Below, piece after piece: positions 18,573-25,718 of a DNA stretch of 32,000 bases. This stretch comes from Thermodesulfobacteriota bacterium. Lineage in GTDB: Bacteria > Desulfobacterota > WTBG01 > JAGOGO01. The position numbers were made by a program, and so were the translations under genes. The notes beneath the pieces were generated by a model. It was given only the letters and a program-made list of their open reading frames with translations. It had not been told where the DNA came from and searched no databases. Positions within the stretch are counted from its first letter, which is position 1, and the number at the start of each line of letters is the position of its first letter. Where the stretch lies: NCBI GenBank assembly GCA_026625185.1, contig CP113000.1, positions 1,095,622 through 1,127,621 of the forward strand, given 5' to 3'.

Positions 18573-19346
18573 TTATACATTCTCCCAAAGAAAGTTAACC
18601 AAATTTCTACTAATTTCTAAATACTTAAACCTAACCGAGGGGTCATGAGAAAATACTTCTAAGGTGATTCCCTCTTCATACCTAATGGATTTCAGCGCCT
18701 TGATCGCTCCCTTCCAATCAATACTTCCGACTCCCAGGGGCATATGGTGGTCATCTGATCCGCGATTATCAGAAAAATGAACATGAACAATTTCTTTTGG
18801 AAATTCTCGACAGAATGCCATGCCGGTTTCTTTTCCCAAATTGCCGTGACCAAAATCGAGGTGAATTTTAAGCCCGGGGAGTTCCTTCAGAATCCTTCTA
18901 AAGGTGACCACCGTGTCAAAGGGTGCAATAAAGTTTTCTAACATCAAAACTAAACCAAATGACTTAGCTGTTTCTAAAATAGGAGATAATGCCTCGATAT
19001 TCAAATCAACTAAACTCTTCTTCATTGTAATCGGAGAGGAATAACAGGGATGGATGTTCATAATTTTAGCATCCAATCGAGCAAATATTTCAGCGCACCG
19101 CTTAAACTCTCCAAGGCATGCTTCCCGAATTGACATAATAGGATAGGCATAAGGAATAATGGGGTCAGTGTGCCCGACCACTGAAAGATCGTAATCTTTT
19201 AATAGTTGTTTTGTTGCCGTGACCTCCAGATGTTGAGCGTTCGGAGCTTCTATGGTTAGGTCAATAAAATCATAGCCCGCCTCACCGATCACTTTGATTT
19301 CATCAATAATTGGAATCCGCGGATTGTTCATTACCCCGATCTTCAT
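18573..19346 (-). CDS. sugar phosphate isomerase/epimerase (xylose-isomerase-like TIM barrel, AP_endonuc_2 family)
   Basis: Metal-ligand pattern: HLDFGHGNL, HVHFSDNRG..DDHHMPLGVGSIDW. 257 aa. Confidence 0.8.
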   Translation of the reverse strand: MKIGVMNNPRIPIIDEIKVIGEAGYDFIDLTIEAPNAQHLEVTATKQLLKDYDLSVVGHTDPIIPYAYPIMSIREACLGEFKRCAEIFARLDAKIMNIHPCYSSPITMKKSLVDLNIEALSPILETAKSFGLVLMLENFIAPFDTVVTFRRILKELPGLKIHLDFGHGNLGKETGMAFCREFPKEIVHVHFSDNRGSDDHHMPLGVGSIDWKGAIKALKSIRYEEGITLEVFSHDPSVRFKYLEISRNLVNFLWENV

Positions 19347-19501
19347 TGGTATCTCCCTGTGATTAATCTCTATTTTTTTTAAAAGCTGAGTAGATACCCA
19401 CGGGCTTACGCCCGGGGTCCTAAGCGTTCTTTTGACAGATTGTCACTGCAAGTGGTCTTTATTTACTCACCATTGATAAAGTCGTAAAAAGTCGAAAATC
19501 A

Positions 19502-19599
19502 GACGGCCCAGTAAAAAGCTTTCCCGCACAGTAAAGGACAGATGGCCCGCTTCAGTTCTTTATCCCCCGCCGCAAGGCGGTACTTTTTACTCAGCCGTC
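19502..19599. repeat. 98-nt long-stem palindromic element with an internal GNRA hairpin (REP-like or structured RNA)
   Basis: gacggcccagtaaaaag (19502-19518) pairs with ctttttactcagccgtc (19583-19599), giving 15 of 17 pairs with a 2x2 internal loop. Inside it, ccgcc-GCAA-ggcgg lies at 19567-19580. It sits in the 677-bp divergent intergenic region. Confidence 0.5.
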
Positions 19600-20023
19600 C
19601 GTATTAATAATAATTAAATGTTCTCTGAAGGTGCAACTAAAGTTTTCCCCTTTATCGGGGCCAATCCCTCATAGCGCCTGGTAAGAAAAGGGAGAAACTT
19701 TAAAAGCCATCAACAAAAAGCTAGTTGCCCCCGGATTAGCAACAATATTTTTTCTTTTAATTTATTATATTGATTTTTAAAGTTATTTTTAGATAATTAC
19801 GATTAACTTTCCCTTTTTGCTTGACTTTCTTTTATTTTTATCTTAGAAATTTACCATTACCCGCCGTAACATATTTTCTTCTTTCCAAAAAAATTTAAAC
19901 TTTTCAATAGTTGTTTACAAAAAGGGAAGCGCAATAACAGCTCAACATAATAAGATGTTTTGTATTTTTTTAAAAACGCTTTCAATATAATTGATTAAAA
20001 GATAAAAAGAAAGGCAATGATTC

Positions 20024-20812
20024 ATGGTAATTAAAGATTTTTTGAGATTTTTGCTTCTTCTTATATGTTGTTTTTGTGTTGTTAGTTCTGTTGCTTTTGC
20101 CGAGGATGGATCTAAAAAGCCAAACTGTGCTTTTACGTGGACATTCTATTCTAACTATATTTGGCAAGGGCTTGAGCTGAGCAAGGCAAATCCGTTTTCC
20201 CCCCCCTCAAATTCAAAAGAATACAACCAAGGTCTGAGTTTTACTCCGTGGCAAAGTTTTGACACCAGGTACAGAAGCTCTATACCTTGGGACAATAAAG
20301 GGAAAAATCATGGGGTTATTGCTTACCAAGACAGTTTTTCCCTTACTAACGAGACAGCCTTAAATTGGAAACTTGGGTGGCTCACTTATGATACTGATGC
20401 CGAAGAAAATGAAAAGGTATTTGCCGGGATTGGTTTAAATACTTTTCTTTCCCCTGGGGTCAGTTTTTGGAAAGGAAGGGAGTTTAAACAAGATGCATGG
20501 ACAATCAACTTCGCGTTATCCCAAAATTGGGATTTAAGCAAGTGTTTGTCAAGAGCAGATGGCTGGAGTCTTGGTCTTAGCAGCGGGGTAAGTTATTCAA
20601 ATTTTGATAATGTTGACTATAATGATTTGCAAAACGCAAATGTATGGGCCGGCCTTAATATCCCTTTCAAAGACGGGATTTCCCTTACACCTTCCATAAA
20701 TTATTCATTTCCTATGAAGGATCTAAAAAGGGACATGTATGAAAAGGAAAGCTTTAGGGACCTAGAATCCGGCTTTGTTTTCGGTGGAGTTGACCTTAAA
20801 ATCCCCTTTTAA
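20024..20812 (+). CDS. putative outer-membrane beta-barrel protein (TorF/TIGR02001-like porin)
   Basis: Signal peptide LLLLICCFCVVSSVAFA. YSNYIWQGLELS resembles the SDYVFRG motif of that family. Alternating amphipathic strands and a C-terminal aromatic residue (...DLKIPF). Confidence 0.55.
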   Translation: MVIKDFLRFLLLLICCFCVVSSVAFAEDGSKKPNCAFTWTFYSNYIWQGLELSKANPFSPPSNSKEYNQGLSFTPWQSFDTRYRSSIPWDNKGKNHGVIAYQDSFSLTNETALNWKLGWLTYDTDAEENEKVFAGIGLNTFLSPGVSFWKGREFKQDAWTINFALSQNWDLSKCLSRADGWSLGLSSGVSYSNFDNVDYNDLQNANVWAGLNIPFKDGISLTPSINYSFPMKDLKRDMYEKESFRDLESGFVFGGVDLKIPF

Positions 20813-20941
20813 TTTAAACCGATTAACCTGCCTATTTTAACGGACTAACTTCCAACAACCTGGAAACATACGATAAGTTATCTGCGTATACTCAACTCCT
20901 TACCCTACCCAAGAAAAGTGACGAAAGATCCCTTCTCTTTT

Positions 20942-21538
20942 TTACCGCCCCTTCCATTTATCCCGATAAAAAATTTCCTCCACCGGCTTTCTCTTTTTTA
21001 CCAGGTTTACATCGGTATCCTTTGGGTAGCCGACGGTAAGCAGGGCCAAGACTTTTATTGTTTTTGGGATTTCCAAAATTTCTTTGATCTTTTTTTCATT
21101 AAACCAGCCGATCCAGCAGGTACCCAAGCCAAGCTCGGTAGCTTTGAGCACCATATGCTCCATGGCTATTCCGAGGTCTATCTGATAGTATTCAATGCCG
21201 GTTACCAAGCTTCCTACCCGGTTAGCTAAAATGTCCAATTGAGCGCAACCCACGATTACAAGAGGTGCGGTGGCTATCCATGCATTTCTAATGACCGGAA
21301 GCATGCCATCCTGAGTGATCTTTTGGATAAGAGCGCGATCAGTGACCGCGATAAAGCGCCAGGTTTGACTATTACAGGCGGACGGCGCTACCCGGGCAGA
21401 TTCGAAGATAGCCTTGATACCTTCCTCTTTTACCGGCTGAGAAGCGTACCCCCTGACTGATCTCCGGGCTTCTAAAATTTCATCTAACGTCATTTTACTT
21501 AGCTTTGGAATCATAGAAACGATTGTAAAACAACTCAC
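20942..21538 (-). CDS. nitroreductase family protein
   Basis: [19 protein letters not shown] and the C-terminal GYP motif. The start is uncertain: GTG 21538 overlaps the comM stop (GTGA). ATG 21514 or ATG 21493 ([12 protein letters not shown]) fit typical N-termini better. Confidence 0.85.
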   Translation of the reverse strand: MSCFTIVSMIPKLSKMTLDEILEARRSVRGYASQPVKEEGIKAIFESARVAPSACNSQTWRFIAVTDRALIQKITQDGMLPVIRNAWIATAPLVIVGCAQLDILANRVGSLVTGIEYYQIDLGIAMEHMVLKATELGLGTCWIGWFNEKKIKEILEIPKTIKVLALLTVGYPKDTDVNLVKKRKPVEEIFYRDKWKGR

Positions 21539-22410
21539 TCCAAATGTCTATCCAGGCTCCGGTACTGAATGGCTTCCGCGATATGGGAAGACTGGATCGA
21601 TTCTTTCTTGGCTAAATCAGCAATCGTGCGGGAAACCTTAAGAATACGAGTATACGCCCGGGCACTGAGTCCCAGTTTATCAATCGCGGCTTCCAGGAGG
21701 CATTTGGAATCTTCTCCGATATGGCAATGTTTTTTAATGTACCGGGAGGTCATCTGCGCGTTGCAATGGATTTTACTATGATTAAATCTTTCGCTTTGGA
21801 TTGTCCGGGCTTCCTCCACCCTTTGTCTGATCACTGCGGAAGACTCACCCGTCGCTTCCTGGGATAACTCTTTGTATTTCACTGCCGGCACTTCAATGTG
21901 GATATCCATCCGATCCAGAAGAGGGCCGGAGACTCTGGATTTGTACCGCTGAATCTGAAGAGGAGTACAGATGCAGGGCCGCTGAAGGTCCCCGTAAAAA
22001 CCGCAGAGACAGGGGTTCATGGCCGCAACCAGCATAAACTGAGCCGGAAAGGTGAGAGAGGTTGACGCGCGGGCAATGGTAACCTTGCCGTCTTCCATCG
22101 GCTGACGCATCACCTCAAGCACATTTTTCCGAAATTCAGGAAGCTCATCCAGAAACAAGACCCCATGGTGTGCTAAGCTTACTTCTCCGGGTTTGGGAAA
22201 CGTCCCTCCTCCGATAAGACCGGCATCAGAAATAGTATGGTGCGGGGAGCGAAACGGGCGCGTGGTGATAAGGAAACGGCTCTCTCCCAAGAGACCGAGC
22301 ACGCTGTGGACCTTGGTCGCCTCGAGTGCCTCCTCGAGCGTCATGGGCGGCAGGATAGAAGGCAGACGCCGGGAAAGCATGGTCTTGCCTGATCCCGGCG
22401 GCCCGATCAT
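21535..22410 (-). pseudogene. comM: comM/yifB-type Mg-chelatase-like AAA+ ATPase, C-terminal fragment (Walker A onward)
   Basis: From 22410 downward it reads [22 protein letters not shown]...[10 protein letters not shown]...[24 protein letters not shown]...[12 protein letters not shown]...[19 protein letters not shown]. These are the YifB AAA+ and Mg_chelatase_C regions. The 14 codons upstream of the Met ([13 protein letters not shown]) have no ComM homology. Confidence 0.85.
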
Positions 22411-22587
22411 AAGTCCGTTTTGACGGCCTTCTTTATCAACCTGCCAAGTCAAGTCCGTCTTCCCACATTAAAAATAGTACCTCCAGAAAACGAGAAAAGT
22501 CACCTATAATCGCAAAAGGAAACCGCGCTTATTTCTCCACGAAGCTACTTTTTTAATCCCTGGGTAATACGTTTCCGGACGCGGTTT

Positions 22588-23142
22588 TTATTTGGTTAAA
22601 TATATTCCGCTCAGCTTCTTAATCAAACTATGAAATTGTTCATGTTTACCGACTCCAATTCGCTCCTCTTCGATTTTCTCAAACCCTTCAAATAGTTCAT
22701 CCTGGCGTTTTTCCGACAAGAGATTGTCTGCCATCACAAATAAGACGGTATTCTCCTTTTCAATGTGGCCTTTCAGCAATGAAATATAACCGTGAGCATT
22801 TTGCATGATGCCTTGAGATGAAGATTTGTCTCCAACCATATATGTAGCATAGGCATCGCTCATAGCCCTGATATAATTTCTGCCCATCTCATGTTCATGC
22901 AGCATGACCGCTATAGGACCATCTGCGGGGACTCCTGCGGCTACCAATGCGGGGAACAAGAGTTCCTCTTCTTTGCTGTGATGACATTTATCCACAAAGA
23001 CTTTCAAAAACTCAAGAATACCCTCCAGGTGTTCTTTGTTCAGATTTCCAGTTGACCCCAATTGATGGCATACCTGCTTTAGAATGCTGAGCATGATCTT
23101 AACACCCTCATGTTCATCTCTTAACTGTTGAGTCGCTTTCAT
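22588..23142 (-). CDS. hemerythrin (HHE cation-binding) domain protein
   Basis: The His/Glu pattern QLRDEHEGV...CHHSKEEELLFP...LHEHEMGRNY...HIEKEN is typical of hemerythrin-like domains. An SD aggagg lies upstream. Confidence 0.8.
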   Translation of the reverse strand: MKATQQLRDEHEGVKIMLSILKQVCHQLGSTGNLNKEHLEGILEFLKVFVDKCHHSKEEELLFPALVAAGVPADGPIAVMLHEHEMGRNYIRAMSDAYATYMVGDKSSSQGIMQNAHGYISLLKGHIEKENTVLFVMADNLLSEKRQDELFEGFEKIEEERIGVGKHEQFHSLIKKLSGIYLTK

Positions 23143-23276
23143 TCCTGTTGCCTCCTATCAGATTTTCTCTTGGCCATGCTTTGTCGCGGCCTAATGCTTG
23201 TTTCCCACCTTTCCAACCTTCTTAGTCAGATGTGGCTCTTTGAATTGCGCGACAGGTTGCCGTATGGATTTCGAGA

Positions 23277-23567
23277 TCATTCAACAATAACTTGGTAGAA
23301 TGTCGGCGTTGGTTTACCATCAAAGAGTGGCCTCACTTGATCGCCTGCTTCATCATGGGTAGGACTACTATGCATTGCTTGGAATGCGGCTTGGTCTTTG
23401 AATCCAACTATAGCAGCGTAATTTCTTCCATTTACAGGTTTCAGAAGTCTTCTGTTTATAAAGCCACTAGATTTGCAGAATGCTTGATTTGAAGAGACAA
23501 ACCATTTTTGAAAGGCGGCACCCTTGCCCACCTTAATGGGTGGGCAAGAAATAATAACGATAAACAT
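23277..23567 (-). CDS. ABM-like (dimeric alpha/beta-barrel, antibiotic-biosynthesis-monooxygenase fold) protein
   Basis: 96 aa. The beta-alpha-beta pattern and ...YAAIVGFKDQAAFQAMHSSPTH... resemble ABM domains. The assignment is tentative. Confidence 0.5.
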   Translation of the reverse strand: MFIVIISCPPIKVGKGAAFQKWFVSSNQAFCKSSGFINRRLLKPVNGRNYAAIVGFKDQAAFQAMHSSPTHDEAGDQVRPLFDGKPTPTFYQVIVE

Positions 23568-23599
23568 AGGTCACCTGCACCGTTCTTGTTCATCAAATG

Positions 23600-23633
23600 G
23601 GAAAAATAGGGCTGATTTTTTACAATCAGCCCT
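23600..23633 (-). terminator. rho-independent terminator after the Cys-rich peptide gene
   Basis: A perfect 10-bp stem, agggctgatt (23608-23617) pairing with aatcagccct (23624-23633), has a 6-nt loop. It is followed on the minus strand by atttttcc (23607-23600). Confidence 0.75.
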
Positions 23634-23644
23634 TTTCCCAGGGG

Positions 23645-23755
23645 TTATTTTTTACAAGTACAATCAACCGATTTTTTGTTGCATCCGCTACAAACACCCT
23701 TCTTAATTGGTTTTCCACATTTGTTGCATGGGGTACATCCACATGTTTGGCACAT
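23645..23755 (-). CDS. 36-aa cysteine-rich (9 Cys), lysine-rich peptide; metallothionein-like; absent from the ORF track
   Basis: My own minus-strand translation gives MCQTCGCTPCNKCGKPIKKGVCSGCNKKSVDCTCKK. It is preceded by the SD aaaggaggtga with about 5 nt of spacing and followed immediately by a strong terminator. Confidence 0.6.
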   Translation of the reverse strand: MCQTCGCTPCNKCGKPIKKGVCSGCNKKSVDCTCKK

Positions 23756-23801
23756 AACGATCACCTCCTTTCGCTTTTTATCCTTCTATTTTTCCCATAG
23801 G

Positions 23802-23897
23802 CTACCCGCAACAAACAAGTTCGCCACCGCCTGCCTTTGTTACAGTAACCTCGTTACCGCAAAAATTGCATCTATATTTCTCGCCCACTTTCTCCAC
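23802..23897 (-). CDS. desulforedoxin-like small rubredoxin-type iron protein ending at an in-frame TAG; absent from the ORF track
   Basis: Minus-strand translation gives (GTG)EKVGEKYRCNFCGNEVTVTKAGGGELVCCG-TAG-PMGKIEG-TAA. This matches the Dx/Dfx N-terminal pattern Y.C..CG..V.V...GGG.LVCCG.PM. An SD aaggaggg lies upstream. The start could be GTG 23897 or ATT 23903. Confidence 0.7.
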   Translation of the reverse strand: MEKVGEKYRCNFCGNEVTVTKAGGGELVCCG

Positions 23898-23924
23898 TGC
23901 AATTTTATAACCCTCCTTGGGTAG

Positions 23925-25184
23925 TTAAATTTTAATTATCTTGTCCAAAGGGGCCCCGCATATAGGGCAATGCTCCAATTCTTTATCCAAACGTCCTGTG
24001 TTGCCGCAAGTTGTGCATACAAAATAAGTGGCCGACTCGATATCCTTTCCCGCATGATAAGCTTTGATCGTTTCCGGTAATAGGCCTGAGTAATTATTCT
24101 TGGCACCGTATGTTTCGCTAAAAGCATATTGGGTGAGCGGCAAATGAACTTTGACCGCATAAGGTAAATATTTAGAATAAAGCTCGACCAGATCTGCCTT
24201 CTCGATTTTCCGGCTCTCCTTAAGGTTATAGCCGATGCCATGCAGTTTATTTAAAACGCTGAAATAGTTCTTCGCATGAAAAAACGCTGACTTTGATAAG
24301 GCATTGAAAAGCTTTTCTATGCCCATAAATCCTTTTTCATGGGCATCGTCCGCAAAAAACTGATAGCGGAGATGAGCCATGGCTTCATTTTGGAAGGCTT
24401 CATTAAGGTAGTTATATATCTTCTTATTTTTAATCTCGCGGGTGTAAGATTTTTCAGCAAGGGAAACATATTCATACTTAAGTTCAGAATCGTTATCAAA
24501 GTAAAATCTTAGCACGTGATGAAAGGAGCTTTCTTTATTCGGAAGTCGCCCGAAAAACTCAAGCCTTGCACCGCCGCCTGCAGATACGACAACTTTGTAA
24601 CCATCAACATCATCCTGAAAATAGGAATGGACATGGCCAGAGAGAATCAATTTGATATTTTTTTTGTAAGGGTCCATAACTGCCTTGAGTTTCTGCCACT
24701 CCTCCATCTTCATACTATTAGAAGAATAACTGTTAGGTGGTGGTATGTGAAATAATATTAAAATGTTTGTGCGAGTGTATTCTTTTAGAGACTCGTCAAG
24801 AAAGTTAACGGTTTCGGCTTCAAATCTTCCCTTAGAGTTATCCAAGGCCACAATCAATAACTCATCATTTACTAAAATATAATTTCTTAGTCCAAAATAT
24901 GTTTCGTAATAAACTGTATCGTGGTTGCCGCATAATGTGTATACAGGTTTTCGAGATACCTCATTGATAATTCCTTGTATGTATTCATAGAACTCTTCCA
25001 GTCCGAATGGAACAAGATCGCCCAGGATAATTTTAAAGTCGGAATGGGTGCAGCTCATCGCTTTTGCAAATGTGGTCATTATTTCTACACCAAGGCCGTC
25101 ACAGCCCGGATCACCCAAGATGGTAAAGGATGAGGTTTTCTTGATAAAATTAACTTTGTTTTTTACATTCACAACACCTTTCAT
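23925..25184 (-). CDS. metallophosphoesterase fused to a degenerate rubrerythrin-like domain with a C-terminal rubredoxin-type Cys4 knuckle
   Basis: MPE motifs: ILGDPGCDG, LGDLV, CGNHD, FHIPP, SGHVHS. The ferritin-like region NEAMAHLRYQFFADDAHEKGF...AFFHAKNYF...SETYG has both ExxH motifs altered, by my manual alignment to Desulfovibrio rubrerythrin. The C-terminus is CTTCGN...CPICGA. Confidence 0.8.
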   Translation of the reverse strand: MKGVVNVKNKVNFIKKTSSFTILGDPGCDGLGVEIMTTFAKAMSCTHSDFKIILGDLVPFGLEEFYEYIQGIINEVSRKPVYTLCGNHDTVYYETYFGLRNYILVNDELLIVALDNSKGRFEAETVNFLDESLKEYTRTNILILFHIPPPNSYSSNSMKMEEWQKLKAVMDPYKKNIKLILSGHVHSYFQDDVDGYKVVVSAGGGARLEFFGRLPNKESSFHHVLRFYFDNDSELKYEYVSLAEKSYTREIKNKKIYNYLNEAFQNEAMAHLRYQFFADDAHEKGFMGIEKLFNALSKSAFFHAKNYFSVLNKLHGIGYNLKESRKIEKADLVELYSKYLPYAVKVHLPLTQYAFSETYGAKNNYSGLLPETIKAYHAGKDIESATYFVCTTCGNTGRLDKELEHCPICGAPLDKIIKI

Positions 25185-25641
25185 CTTCGCCCCTTCAAAG
25201 TTTTATTTCTGTCCCGTCATTACTTCCACTCTGACAAATCGAGCTATAAATGTAAATTTCTCTCGTAGGATTGTTCACAAAAAAAACTGGCGCTATTCGT
25301 TTAAGGTAGGCGAACACCACAAGCACTTGAAAAAAACCTCCTCATAAACCACATCCCCCTTTCAAAACCTTTCATTGAATCTATTAGACCGTGCCCCAAA
25401 ATAAAAAAGACCCTTTGCCTTTGTTATCTGGCAATTTGGCCTTGTTTTTATTCTTATCACTAATGAAAGACCCTTCATCCTTAACACGCGTTTTTTGAAC
25501 TGCGACTATTGGTTTCTGGGTTTTGATGGTCTCTTTTCATTTTAACCCGTTGGAGGAGAAAAGGCAATAATTTTTAAAACCTGTTAATTTAGGGCATTTC
25601 CCAAATGGTTTTAAAAATTTATTTTTCAAGCAAAATTTTTC

Positions 25642-25669
25642 TTGACAAGGAATTTTTTATTGGTAAAGT
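25642..25669 (+). promoter_or_regulatory. candidate outward-facing sigma-70 promoter at the right edge of the comM insert
   Basis: TTGACA (25642-25647), a 16-nt spacer, then TAAAGT (25664-25669). It points into the antisense strand of the comM N-terminal fragment. Pattern match only. Confidence 0.3.
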
Positions 25670-25718
25670 GAATACTAAAAACAGGTGTAATTAAAAGATG
25701 TTAGCTTAAAAAAACTAT

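Noticed and set aside
24103-24120. Sigma-54 promoter-like TGGCAC motifs (24103, also 16146 and 23748)
   Set aside because: None has a correctly spaced TTGC(A/T) -12 element. All lie inside coding regions or on the wrong strand.
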